Shown in pieces: positions 19,276-29,519 of a stretch of DNA of 64,000 bases. Origin of the DNA: a virus (taxonomy: Duplodnaviria > Heunggongvirae > Uroviricota > Caudoviricetes); IMG/VR virus record IMGVR_UViG_3300020045_008999, positions 352,001 to 416,000 of that record; one strand, written 5' to 3'. A program made the translations under genes and the position numbers. The notes below the pieces were generated by a model. The model saw only the letters and a list, made by a program, of their open reading frames with translations. It had not been told where the DNA came from and ran no database searches. Position 1 is the first letter of the stretch. Each line of letters begins with the position of its first letter.

Positions 19276-21678
19276 CTATTTTTTATTATAATCTGAAAAC
19301 GTTTTGATTTTTTCATCAATAGGAGCATTATCAATCAATGTTCTTTTCAACATCATGCAAGCATCATGGTTGTAAGTTTCATTATCTTTAATGTCTATTC
19401 CATTATCTACTGCGGTAATTTCTTTTCCATTTTCTCTCAAAACTGAAACTGATGATATTTTAGTAATCATGAATTCAAGTACTTTACTTTCATCAATGCG
19501 TAATACATTTGATGGCATGATTCGTTTTTCCACTTTCATTGTCTGAGATTTGGTTTTACTACCATCTTTGAAAAAAATGTGGGATATTTTAGAAACCTTT
19601 CTACTAGGTTCATATCCTTCCGCATATTTTTTGATAATTTCATCGGATTGTGACATTTTGTATAACATATGTCCGTCAAATACCCCTAGCCCAACAAAAT
19701 AAAAATAATTATCAACCGATTTGCCTTCAACATTACCGGAAATTTTTAGCTTGTATATCAAATCTTCTTTAAATTCACCCAATACAGTGTCGAATGTGAA
19801 ATTACCACCAACTTTTTCAGATTTTATTTTCTCTTTCTCTATTGGTGCTTCTGTAATTGGGTATTTAGATGTTCTTCTTGATTCGTCTTTGTCGTTCAAG
19901 GTATCGGAAATTCCAAAATAGGTGTGTAAATATTTAGATTGGTTTCCTTTGAAAAACATTTTGGAATTATCCAATGAATCTGTCATGAATTTGGTGATTG
20001 GGTATTTACTTTTAATCAATTTGCCATTATCATCCACTAATTTAGCACCTTTTAGAATTTCTGAATTATTTTTGATTATTAATAATACACCATCATTCCA
20101 AGCTTGGAACAGTACATCATTTCTAAACGGACCAGTTCCTGGATTTGCAGGGTCAACCCCACCCCCATCAATTTTTGTCCATTTGTTAGATCTATTTACA
20201 TTTATTCTACCATTTGTTCTCGAGGATGGTATGTTATTTTTGACAATCAGTCTATTTGCCTTATTGAAAATACGAACAATTTCAATAACATCAATGACAC
20301 TTTTCTCAATCACAGTTGATAATTCTTCTTCATCTATATTGATTTCTTTAACTTTATCGGTAATTGATTGTAGATTTGCTTTTGCCAGTTTATCCATCTC
20401 TTCCTGAGTATTGTGTTCAATACCGTTATACATAATAGTCACTTTATTACCAAAACCACTTACTCTTATTTTGTTTTCCGAATTGTCTTTACTAAACAAA
20501 TTTGATAAAAAACTTTCCTTAATAATTTCAGTAGGCAAGTCAACATTTTCGGTTACTTTCTCAGATGATTTGTGAAATTCGATGATTTTGGACATAGTTA
20601 AATTAAACCGTTTTAGCGATTTTCCTAAATCACCCATTGCACCATAAAAATTACCATCCTCTAACTTGTTGGAAATTGAATAGAATGCTGCAATTTTTTC
20701 GGCAATCGTGTGTAATGTACTAGGGGTTTCTAATGACGATAATTCTTGGTGCCCTTTATAAACCGCAACGTAATTATATATCTCTGCATATAATTTTTTA
20801 ATACTTATTTTACTATCAGTATTATTTGCTTTGGATATATACCCACTTAATAATTTAGCATCAACCGCAATTCCTTTATTGTTAGTATCTGTTAATTTTT
20901 GTATTGCCCCACTAATAGAATGGTATGCATTTTTTAACTGTGAGTCTTCATTTCCAATTTCTACTTTTTCGCTTATAGTATGGTAGTCTGAAAATTTCAA
21001 AACAGTTAATGATTCCCCGATTGGTTGTGTATCGTTCTTAGTGACTTCTTTCCATGACCCACCTTTTACGACATGTTCCTTTGGGCTACTGTCTGGTGCT
21101 GCGTTATGGTTACCATTGGATGGTCTAGGGTTTCGTTTACCACCAATTATTTCAAATGTTAAATCATCTTTTGTTATTTCTAAAAGGGCTTTTAAATTAC
21201 TTACCATTGTTGGGTAAATTGAAGCCTCTTTAGTTGAGGGTATATCTTTATTATCATCATTCCCGTAATCGATAAGAGCTGCCAGGATGTCCTGTAATTC
21301 TTGTGGCAATGCATTTATGATATTTTCCAATTTATCTTCACCATTCTCTTCTGCTAGACTCTTTAAAATAGATTCGATTGTATTTGGTTTTTTCTTAACC
21401 CCCTCGATGATTGCATCAGTAATCCCTGCATTTTTTACGTCATTGATTGCATCTGATATATTTTCGTCTTTAGAAATTTCTTCCAACACTTTAGCATTTA
21501 TGGCAGCGTCTAATTGATTTAGAAGACTCGGAATTGCTATTTTTAGATCTAGTGCAAGTTTTGCATTTCTAAATATAGAGGAAAATATTCTGCCCGCCCA
21601 TGAGTCACCCCAGGTGATGTCATTTTCAAGTGCTTCGTTTACCATGCGATACTTACCTTGTTCTTTATATGTTCTCAT
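19276..21678 (-). CDS. Large hypothetical protein, putative internal head/ejected protein
   Basis: 800 aa; MRTYKE...VNE start, internal VLKFSDYHTISE and IIKESF, late promoter at 21701-21709. Confidence 0.7.
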   Translation of the reverse strand: MRTYKEQGKYRMVNEALENDITWGDSWAGRIFSSIFRNAKLALDLKIAIPSLLNQLDAAINAKVLEEISKDENISDAINDVKNAGITDAIIEGVKKKPNTIESILKSLAEENGEDKLENIINALPQELQDILAALIDYGNDDNKDIPSTKEASIYPTMVSNLKALLEITKDDLTFEIIGGKRNPRPSNGNHNAAPDSSPKEHVVKGGSWKEVTKNDTQPIGESLTVLKFSDYHTISEKVEIGNEDSQLKNAYHSISGAIQKLTDTNNKGIAVDAKLLSGYISKANNTDSKISIKKLYAEIYNYVAVYKGHQELSSLETPSTLHTIAEKIAAFYSISNKLEDGNFYGAMGDLGKSLKRFNLTMSKIIEFHKSSEKVTENVDLPTEIIKESFLSNLFSKDNSENKIRVSGFGNKVTIMYNGIEHNTQEEMDKLAKANLQSITDKVKEINIDEEELSTVIEKSVIDVIEIVRIFNKANRLIVKNNIPSSRTNGRINVNRSNKWTKIDGGGVDPANPGTGPFRNDVLFQAWNDGVLLIIKNNSEILKGAKLVDDNGKLIKSKYPITKFMTDSLDNSKMFFKGNQSKYLHTYFGISDTLNDKDESRRTSKYPITEAPIEKEKIKSEKVGGNFTFDTVLGEFKEDLIYKLKISGNVEGKSVDNYFYFVGLGVFDGHMLYKMSQSDEIIKKYAEGYEPSRKVSKISHIFFKDGSKTKSQTMKVEKRIMPSNVLRIDESKVLEFMITKISSVSVLRENGKEITAVDNGIDIKDNETYNHDACMMLKRTLIDNAPIDEKIKTFSDYNKK

Positions 21679-21783
21679 TTACGTGAATTATTTTATAGGC
21701 TATATATTAATTTTCCTCTTTATATAATTGGTTTGTATGCATATTTTTACTATATTTGTAATCAAATCAAATTATTTTGTATT

Positions 21784-22740
21784 ATGGAAAATGGTAAAAT
21801 TATTTCAATAGATGAGACAAGTTTAAAATGTTCCCTTTTCAAAGCATTAGAAGAGAATGGATATAATGGGATGATTGGTAATTTAGTTATCAATGAACAC
21901 AATCCTAGCGCACCCGTATTATACAATCAAGTGATTAATGAGAATGATTGTAACTATTTCAAAAGAGTATTACTTACCAATACAATACACTCATCTTCAC
22001 CCATCATAGTTGGGTACCGAATTAAACTCGGTTTTAGTGATTGTATTTTGCGTGATTTTGACATGAGTGGTGACTTTGCAATTAGTAGTGGGTTTAGTAA
22101 ATTAGTTTTAAATAACCCACCAAGTAGAATCCGTTTAGATAGTTCAGGAAATACCCACAAATCAAAAAATGTACATCAAATATTAAATCAGGACCAGTTT
22201 ATCACATTGGACATCAGTAGGAAAGATTTGACTAGTACATTAAGTCAGTTTAATATTGATCGAAATAAAATCATATTAAATTATGGTAGTACAAATTATG
22301 AGATTGTTAATTTAAGAAATTTATACGATAATTGTATTGATTTGGTGTCATTATATAAAATAGGTGAGTACTATTTACTCATATCCACTTCGGTTAAGAC
22401 CAAAATGCACAAACGTAAATTGATTTATAATCAGGGTTTTTTGAATTATCTTATAAACATGGATGATACTCAACTAGGTAAACAACCCGATCATAGTATT
22501 AAAACAAATGTAAATTTACCGGACTCGAATGTAAAGTCTGAAAAAATATTTGACCCAAGAGTGATAAGACCGTCATGTCCAAAACGCCGAGGTCCTATAG
22601 TGAGTGTTGAAGACAGAAGTGCGTTATGGGTTGATAAAATGCCGGGCGTAAATTACTTAAATCAGTTACTTGATAAGATTTCAAAAGACGGTTTTGATTC
22701 ACTATCCACTGATGAACAATCATTTTTGGAAAATATGTAA
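21784..22740 (+). CDS. Hypothetical protein with C-terminal DUF6576-like motif
   Basis: ATG 21784 after TATATTTG; ends LNQLLDKISKDGFDSLSTDEQSFL. Confidence 0.7.
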   Translation: MENGKIISIDETSLKCSLFKALEENGYNGMIGNLVINEHNPSAPVLYNQVINENDCNYFKRVLLTNTIHSSSPIIVGYRIKLGFSDCILRDFDMSGDFAISSGFSKLVLNNPPSRIRLDSSGNTHKSKNVHQILNQDQFITLDISRKDLTSTLSQFNIDRNKIILNYGSTNYEIVNLRNLYDNCIDLVSLYKIGEYYLLISTSVKTKMHKRKLIYNQGFLNYLINMDDTQLGKQPDHSIKTNVNLPDSNVKSEKIFDPRVIRPSCPKRRGPIVSVEDRSALWVDKMPGVNYLNQLLDKISKDGFDSLSTDEQSFLENM

Positions 22741-22896
22741 ATAATCAGTTTAATATAAAAATCCTCTGCTTTTAGTAGGGGATTTTTTTTGATACAAAAT
22801 ATTAATTTAACGTAATAAAATATTATAAAATCCATATCAATAGGAAAGTGGTAATGGATATTGAATATATAGATAGTAAAAAAGATTTAATACGCA

Positions 22897-23169
22897 ATGC
22901 GATATGCTGGGCTTTATTATAAAAATAACAGAATTATTGATAATCATATTATTGATGATATTCTACAAAAGGAAGGATTGTCTTGGCTACTGGACTGCGA
23001 ACTAGAGAATGCTGAGATTGAAATTAAAAATGCTACTATTATTTGGAAATCAGGAACACTATATAGTGGTAGGTGGCACTATGGCATATGGGAAAATGGC
23101 ACATTTCATGGCATATGGGAAAATGGCATATGGGTAAATGGTGATAAACTGGGTAAATTTCTAAGTTAA
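22897..23169 (+). CDS. Small protein with G-x-W-x-N-G repeats
   Basis: HYGIWENGTFHGIWENGIWVNG; duplicated ggcatatgggaaaatggc. Confidence 0.7.
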   Translation: MRYAGLYYKNNRIIDNHIIDDILQKEGLSWLLDCELENAEIEIKNATIIWKSGTLYSGRWHYGIWENGTFHGIWENGIWVNGDKLGKFLS

Positions 23170-23214
23170 TGACCGATCCGAGGTAAGAAATAAATAAAAA
23201 TAATCAACGTAATT

Positions 23215-23655
23215 ATGAGTGGGAAAAAACGACAATTGGGAATTGATATACAAATTCTGAATAAATATACCACAATAATAACCGAAGAAAGTGGTCAAAT
23301 GTTTTTCGAAATTGGAAATGAAGTTACGAATGATATTGCCGAAGCAGTTGCCCTATTAATCGAAAAAAAGATAGATGATCCAACTATATGGGATATTCGA
23401 ATTGGCGTAAATCGTGAAATATCACCCATTAAAAGCTTATATTGGATTATGGGTGGTGATAAAATTTGGGGATCTGGTAAAGGTCGCATTGATGGATGGG
23501 GTATTTGTGGGTCTATATTTGAAGAAGAATTTGGTGATGATATTACGTACATAGTCAAAAATTCAGTTAAATTATCAGATGTGCGTGATGCATTTGTTGC
23601 TAAATTGTTAATATTACGTAAAGATCATAAAAAATATTATAAGTATTGTGGTTAG
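23215..23655 (+). CDS. Hypothetical protein
   Basis: 146 aa ORF. Confidence 0.65.
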   Translation: MSGKKRQLGIDIQILNKYTTIITEESGQMFFEIGNEVTNDIAEAVALLIEKKIDDPTIWDIRIGVNREISPIKSLYWIMGGDKIWGSGKGRIDGWGICGSIFEEEFGDDITYIVKNSVKLSDVRDAFVAKLLILRKDHKKYYKYCG

Positions 23656-23675
23656 TATAATTAATATATAGTACT

Positions 23676-24530
23676 ATGAAAGCACATTTTTTTGACATTG
23701 ATACATTATTAATTATGGATACTAAAGCTTGGATCATATCTAAATCTGATCCGAGTAAGGCTATTATGAAATTAAATAAATCAGAGTTTAATATTATTAA
23801 AAGTGGGTTATATCGCTCACAAAATAATCGGGTGGATTTCAATGGTAATATATTTTGGTTACCGGATTCTCTAATGTCCAAATTAATGGTGCTGATTAAA
23901 AAACGCAAACTTAAACTATCGGATATGGCAATTTCTTTACGTGAATTTATTGATGAGGAAATAATAAACGATAAAGAGTTCACACTTGATATGCGACTTA
24001 TAAAAACAATTAAGAATACTGGTGATGATGTGTATATAATTTGTCCCAAGGAAACTAAGCAATCACACGCACGTGTTATTGAGCGAATTATAGAACGTCT
24101 CAAAGAAGATGGGATTAGTATTAAAAAGTTCTATCATATTTCAGAAACATTTTATAACCAAACCGAAGATATAATTGAGTATAAAAAATTAGGCCTTTTT
24201 GTTCAACATCTAATTGGATATAAAACTAATGATAGAAAGTTTATTAATGAGGAGTTAGTTAGATATGATACATTATCTTATTATGGTAATGATAAAACAG
24301 CCTGTGCTTATGCCGATAAAATAAATCAAACCTTTAGAGAGTTATATGTCAAAAGTGATGAGGTGTTAAAGTCTATTATTAAAGAAGATATTATACTTGA
24401 TCGACCACATTTTATAGCGAATCAGGTGACCGATAATCATATGAATAGTGTTCTCACATCCGAAACTACTATAAGTATTAATTCTTTTATAAAGAATTCA
24501 ATTATGTATAAAAAAGAAGAATCTAAATAG
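23676..24530 (+). CDS. Hypothetical protein with HAD-like N-terminal motif
   Basis: HFFDIDTL resembles HAD motif I; TAATATATA 5 nt before ATG. Confidence 0.65.
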   Translation: MKAHFFDIDTLLIMDTKAWIISKSDPSKAIMKLNKSEFNIIKSGLYRSQNNRVDFNGNIFWLPDSLMSKLMVLIKKRKLKLSDMAISLREFIDEEIINDKEFTLDMRLIKTIKNTGDDVYIICPKETKQSHARVIERIIERLKEDGISIKKFYHISETFYNQTEDIIEYKKLGLFVQHLIGYKTNDRKFINEELVRYDTLSYYGNDKTACAYADKINQTFRELYVKSDEVLKSIIKEDIILDRPHFIANQVTDNHMNSVLTSETTISINSFIKNSIMYKKEESK

Positions 24531-24542
24531 ATTCTTCTTTTT

Positions 24543-25175
24543 TTATAACATCGGTCCAGATCCGTTTGATTTGCCAAATTTTAAATATTTTTCCATCATA
24601 TCATTCATTGCCCGATTGTCCATCACTTTTGTATTTTCAGTACTTTCATCTTCTGGTGTTTCCAATGATTCTGAAATGTCATTCATACCTAAATCCTTCC
24701 TCATTATTTTATAAAATGATTCTAATGATGTACGTTGGGTTGTAGAAAATTTAATATTTTCACGCATTTGAGTAAATGTATTATTTACTACCTCATGCAT
24801 TCTACTTGAATTGTCCCCATTATCAATTTGTCTCATCAACGTCAGTAAGTTCTTTTTGGTCATTCTTTTTAAAAATAGTGTCTCCGCATATATCTCAGCG
24901 TCTTCATTCATTTTATTCTGAATGTATGGGTGATTTTTGATTGCTTCAGAATCACCTAAAAAAAGATCTACTAATGACGAAACCACATCCGACGCTTTTT
25001 CAGAACATTCAGCAGCGTCGATATCATAATTATAAATATCTATATCCCCAAGATCCGGTAAATATTCTTCGTGGTTTGTTAAGTATTTGGGGATGTTAAT
25101 TCCCCCGGATATTTGTTCAATGCGCTCATATTCTGCCTTAAGACTGGATAATTTTTCTTCGTTCTTTTTAGACAT
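24543..25175 (-). CDS. Helical protein, candidate terminase small subunit
   Basis: Divergent from terL; DNSSRMHEVV loosely recalls the HPRAYEV motif of gp16-like proteins. Confidence 0.4.
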   Translation of the reverse strand: MSKKNEEKLSSLKAEYERIEQISGGINIPKYLTNHEEYLPDLGDIDIYNYDIDAAECSEKASDVVSSLVDLFLGDSEAIKNHPYIQNKMNEDAEIYAETLFLKRMTKKNLLTLMRQIDNGDNSSRMHEVVNNTFTQMRENIKFSTTQRTSLESFYKIMRKDLGMNDISESLETPEDESTENTKVMDNRAMNDMMEKYLKFGKSNGSGPML

Positions 25176-25262
25176 AAAATTAGTTTAGTTTATACTATAT
25201 ATAAAAATATGCAAATGTGATTTTTATTATTAATATATATAATCAAAATAACCCAATTAAAA

Positions 25263-25778
25263 ATGGCCGCAGCTAAGGAGAAGCAAATGGTTTTTACCGC
25301 CAAATTGGTAGAAGAAATGACAAATAAACTCAATGATGGGGTAATTTTAAAACGATACGAAAACCCTTGGATGAAGAGTGAAATCGGTATTAGGCGAGCG
25401 GGTGTTACATATGCATTTACTGAACATGAGATTGAGGAATATGTTAAATGTTCACAGGATATTCATTATTTCACTGAGAAATATTGTAAAGTGAAAACTG
25501 AGGATGGTAGTATTGGTGCAATAAAACTACGTGATTACCAGAAAGATATAATGGATAATTTCGTCAGTAATCGATTTAATATATTGATGGCCAGTCGTCA
25601 AGTTGGTAAATGTAGTTCATTAGAAACCAATGTTACATGCCAAATTGTTGATAAAAATGGTGAGGTCAGTCAGCAAGAAATCCCATTGTATAAATTGTTA
25701 TTTATCTGCAAATCGAGAAGAACAGTAGTGGATTATATTAGGTATGTAATTTATTTCATTATTGGCCTATTATCATAG
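25263..25778 (+). CDS. terL: Terminase large subunit N-terminal part fused to split intein N-fragment
   Basis: KCSQDIHYFTEKYC, LRDYQ (Q motif), ASRQVGK followed by intein Cys1 (CSSLET) at 25611. Confidence 0.9.
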   Translation: MAAAKEKQMVFTAKLVEEMTNKLNDGVILKRYENPWMKSEIGIRRAGVTYAFTEHEIEEYVKCSQDIHYFTEKYCKVKTEDGSIGAIKLRDYQKDIMDNFVSNRFNILMASRQVGKCSSLETNVTCQIVDKNGEVSQQEIPLYKLLFICKSRRTVVDYIRYVIYFIIGLLS

Positions 25779-26249
25779 GTATGTTGGAAAATAAATAATA
25801 AAATGTTAGAAATAAAACAACTAGTTGTACATTGTTTGTATAAACTTTTAGAGATTATCGAGTATTTTGAGTTGCGTGACAGGGACCTGAATGAAGATGA
25901 TGATAGTAAAAAAATAATACAATCTAATTTAGTGTCTGGGTATAAGGTACTAACCGATACTGGATATGTAGATATTGAAGAAATTAATCAAACACAACCG
26001 TATCGAGTACACCGAGTATGGTTGGAAAATGGGCTTTACTTAGATTGTGCAAGTAATCATATTTTATATACTAGTGAATATAAGGAAGTATTTGTATCTG
26101 AATTGGTCATTGGGGACTTTATCATTACTAAGGATGGGCCAGTTAAGGTTATTGATGTTATTAAAATGCCTTATAAATTAACGATGGGTGATTTGAGTGT
26201 TGATCATCCCAATCAACGATATTATACTAATGATATTTTATCACATAAT
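25611..26249 (+). mobile_element. Split mini-intein in terL (IntN 25611-25775; IntC 25803-26249)
   Basis: Block A CSSLETNV; block B DCASNH; block F GDLSVD..RYYTND; block G SHN followed by Thr+1; no endonuclease domain. Confidence 0.88.
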
Positions 26250-28037
26250 ACTATATCTTCGTCTATATTCATATTACATACTATTTTATTTAGTAATGAT
26301 AAAAATGTAATGATTGTTGCAAATAAGGGGGATACTGCTATTGAAATTATTGATAAAATAAAATCAATCTATACATTATTACCATTCTTTTTAAAACCTG
26401 GTGCTAAAATATGGAATCAGAAGTCACTTACGTTTGAAAATGGATGTAGATTGAAAATTTCAGCACGTAGTAAAACACCCGCGATTGGATTTACCATAGA
26501 TTTATTATATCTGGATGAGTTCGCACATATCCCATCAAATATAATTGAACCGTATTACACGGCCGCTTTTCCAGTTACCGCGGCGGTTAAGAATTCCAAA
26601 ATTATTATTACGTCAACGCCAAATGGTATGAATTTATTTCATAAGCTTCTTACTAATGCTGAGCGGCCAGATGGTGATCCACTTAAAAATAACTACAAGG
26701 CGTTGCGTGTATACTGGCATCAGGTACCCGGAAGATTTGTTACGTATGTTAGATTAAATGATCATCATATGTATAATTTAGGAATTACTAGGGATGAAGT
26801 TTTTCAACAATTATATGACGCATATAGTGCAGTTACCAAAGTTGAAATGGAATACTTGACTGATAATATGAAGTACACCATTAATATTTTCAATAATGAT
26901 TTATGTTCGGATGAAGACGTGAATGGATTTATGTTTGTTGATTCTGGCGGTAAAGAACGATGGTTGCATGAATTTGCTGAGGTTACATCATGGAAAAAGG
27001 AAGCAATTAAAGATATCGGGGGTGAGGATGCATTTAACCAAGAATATGATCTTCGATTTATTAACGGATCACGATCATTATTGACTGAAAGCGTTATAGA
27101 AAAATTAATTGGTGGAAAGAGACATTATGCACATCGCATGCTGGATGCACTTGAGAAGAGACTCAAATTCTCATATGCTGGCATGTCCTGGGTGGATAAT
27201 GATGATGTATTTAATCATGCGAATCGATTAAATGTCAAGGGAGTCATGTCAATTGATATTGCTGAGGGATTGGGACAAGACTATTCAATTATTAATATTT
27301 TTAAAATTGATAAAAAACCGGATGATGTCATAGAAATGAATCGTGCAAAGTATACGAAGATGTCTGATTTTTTCAACTTAACACAAATTGGGTTATTTAG
27401 ATCTAATTTAGTTTCGGTTAAACAATTGGCTGAAGTATTTTATACATTAGCGTTTGAATATTTCAACCCTGATAATTTTAAAGTCGTTTTGGAAATGAAT
27501 ATGTTTGGTGGTGAATTATTGGCACATCTACCACATTTGTTCGGTGGTAATAATAATTACGGATCCTATATATTCTTTAGGTATAAACACCGTGCTGATG
27601 CAGAAGAAGAAAAGATCGGATTAAAAATCGGTGAAAATAAAAACATAATTGTTAAGAAATATCAAGATGCCATGAATGGGAGAGATTTTGTAATATCTAA
27701 TGAGGACAACGTTCGTGAGATTACTACATTTGTGAAACATGTGACCGCATCTGGTAACATTCGATATGCCGGTGATTCAGGTAATGATGATTCTGTAATG
27801 ACGGTTGTTAATGCTTCAACTGTATTTGAGAAGTCTGTGTATTATGAAATGGTTGATGATTATGCAAAAACCATATTAGATAATGTGACGTATAATAAAT
27901 ATAACGAATATCTTAAAAATAGCGTAGAACATGTAGAAAGTGCTGACTATACTGCATTGTTAAACGTTAACAGGAGACGAAAGTTACAAAATGTAAGTTA
28001 TCAGCCAAAAATTGACTGGAGTAAAAAGAGTGGATAA
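25803..28037 (+). CDS. terL: Intein C-fragment fused to terminase large subunit C-terminal part (T4 gp17-like)
   Basis: ILSHN|TISSS; LYLDEFAHI (Walker B), ITSTPNG, FNQEY, SIDIAEGLGQDYS, NDDSVM (RNase H-like nuclease). Confidence 0.93.
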   Translation: MLEIKQLVVHCLYKLLEIIEYFELRDRDLNEDDDSKKIIQSNLVSGYKVLTDTGYVDIEEINQTQPYRVHRVWLENGLYLDCASNHILYTSEYKEVFVSELVIGDFIITKDGPVKVIDVIKMPYKLTMGDLSVDHPNQRYYTNDILSHNTISSSIFILHTILFSNDKNVMIVANKGDTAIEIIDKIKSIYTLLPFFLKPGAKIWNQKSLTFENGCRLKISARSKTPAIGFTIDLLYLDEFAHIPSNIIEPYYTAAFPVTAAVKNSKIIITSTPNGMNLFHKLLTNAERPDGDPLKNNYKALRVYWHQVPGRFVTYVRLNDHHMYNLGITRDEVFQQLYDAYSAVTKVEMEYLTDNMKYTINIFNNDLCSDEDVNGFMFVDSGGKERWLHEFAEVTSWKKEAIKDIGGEDAFNQEYDLRFINGSRSLLTESVIEKLIGGKRHYAHRMLDALEKRLKFSYAGMSWVDNDDVFNHANRLNVKGVMSIDIAEGLGQDYSIINIFKIDKKPDDVIEMNRAKYTKMSDFFNLTQIGLFRSNLVSVKQLAEVFYTLAFEYFNPDNFKVVLEMNMFGGELLAHLPHLFGGNNNYGSYIFFRYKHRADAEEEKIGLKIGENKNIIVKKYQDAMNGRDFVISNEDNVREITTFVKHVTASGNIRYAGDSGNDDSVMTVVNASTVFEKSVYYEMVDDYAKTILDNVTYNKYNEYLKNSVEHVESADYTALLNVNRRRKLQNVSYQPKIDWSKKSG

Positions 28038-28056
28038 TAATTATCCACTCTTTTTT
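28023..28056. terminator. Bidirectional intrinsic terminator
   Basis: aaaaagagtggataa-taa-ttatccactctttttt. Confidence 0.85.
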
Positions 28057-28337
28057 TAGTTTGTTTCCATGGACACCGTCAGTCCAGCACTTTTTAATTT
28101 GTTATGCATTTTGGTGATCGTGTCTTTATCACCTCTCTTCACATCACATTTCCCGGTGAAATGTACAATATGTGCCACTTGTTCTGCTTGTTCAGCCACA
28201 TGTCCACAGTATTTCATAAGACTGTTTATGACGTGTGGGAAAGTGTTGTGATCATCGTTATGAACGATCAGAACGTAAGAACTTGTGATGTTTTCTTGTG
28301 TTTTTTCTTGTGTTTTTTCTTGTGTTAGTATTCCCAT
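28056..28337 (-). CDS. clpS: ATP-dependent Clp protease adaptor ClpS
   Basis: LIVHNDDHNTFPHVI...QAEQVAHIVHFTGKCDVKRG...AGLT. Confidence 0.92.
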   Translation of the reverse strand: MGILTQEKTQEKTQENITSSYVLIVHNDDHNTFPHVINSLMKYCGHVAEQAEQVAHIVHFTGKCDVKRGDKDTITKMHNKLKSAGLTVSMETN

Positions 28338-28409
28338 TGTTCGTTAAGATTTTATATTTTTGAATAATGTTAGTATATATTAATATTTTTTTAGCTCTTT
28401 TGTAAAATA

Positions 28410-28814
28410 TTAGTTGATTATTTTTAGCCAACCATATTTTACTTGTTCTTCAATTGTTAAATCACCAAATATATAAGCATACCCCTTGCTGCGCAAATAA
28501 TCTACTACAATGCTTGGTAGGCTACTCTCAGAGCGACCAAATGTATTTATTAATGCTATTCCAGAATCTGGTGTAGATGTACTTATTTTATAATGCATTT
28601 TTGATATTTCGATAGCATCTTCATCTGATATACTACTAAGATCTCTCAGTTCTATATACGAATCTTGTTCTAAGCAAGTGTAAAACCCAACGATGTCATA
28701 TTCATCTAGTAAACTTCCATAAGAAAGACCAGTGGTGGTAGTGTAGTGATAATCGATATTTGGGTAGTGCATGAAAAATGCGGCTTTATTCGTTAATGTG
28801 TTTTCCATATGCAT
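28410..28814 (-). CDS. Hypothetical phage protein
   Basis: LRDLSSISDEDAIEI...VDYLRSKGYA...EEQVKYGW. Confidence 0.7.
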   Translation of the reverse strand: MHMENTLTNKAAFFMHYPNIDYHYTTTTGLSYGSLLDEYDIVGFYTCLEQDSYIELRDLSSISDEDAIEISKMHYKISTSTPDSGIALINTFGRSESSLPSIVVDYLRSKGYAYIFGDLTIEEQVKYGWLKIIN

Positions 28815-29332
28815 TATGTTGAAATTAGTTGAATTTGGTTTATCGAATCAATTATGGTTATTTTAATTGGTTGTACTTTTGCCCATTCGACAAACTTAAC
28901 CAAGTGTTCGGCCCTATCGTCATACATAATAAGTTCAGTTGCATTTGGATACTCTTTTATTTTTTGTTCATATACCCCAATTTTGAATGAATATGTATCG
29001 TGTGTTGGGTTACATAATACGTCCTTGAATGAAAGTGCATGTTTATCCAAAATTTTGCGTACACCATCTTCCATTCGCTTTATTCTACCAGTTACTAAAT
29101 ATACTACACTATTTGGTTCATTTGTGTGTATATCGTAATAGTTTTTTATCCATTCGTTAACTGGGTGGTCAAATATTTCGGTGTTCAGTGAATCTCTACT
29201 AGCCCACCAACTACCTTTTGGAAATGGTTCGCCCATTTTCTCTGCCCATATACGCTTCCCATCTTCGGCATTCATTGTGTTGACTAAAGTTGAATCAAAG
29301 TCAAATATAACTATTTTATCGATATTGCTCAT
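28814..29332 (-). CDS. HAD-superfamily hydrolase (Swiss-army-knife RNA repair HAD-like)
   Basis: IFDFDSTL, WW, LVTGR, FK, YDDRAEH. Confidence 0.8.
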   Translation of the reverse strand: MSNIDKIVIFDFDSTLVNTMNAEDGKRIWAEKMGEPFPKGSWWASRDSLNTEIFDHPVNEWIKNYYDIHTNEPNSVVYLVTGRIKRMEDGVRKILDKHALSFKDVLCNPTHDTYSFKIGVYEQKIKEYPNATELIMYDDRAEHLVKFVEWAKVQPIKITIIDSINQIQLIST

Positions 29333-29519
29333 TTATGTATTGTATTTTTTTATTATATTGTGGGTGATTTATTGTGTAATTAAACTATCACTTGTGCTTG
29401 TAATTAATTTAAGTTTTTTACCTCTTTTGGTAGCCACTTATTAATGCAAACATAAAACAAATAATTCATATTTCAAAATGGATAAGGATAAATAATATAT
29501 ATAATAAAAAATATAAATT

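Noticed and set aside
25776-25778. Genome-wide TAG reassignment (genetic code 15) as the explanation of the terL break
   Set aside because: Very long ORFs are intact in code 11 and TAG ends genes right before the next start (19276, 32122, 37969, 50718); only local read-through remains possible
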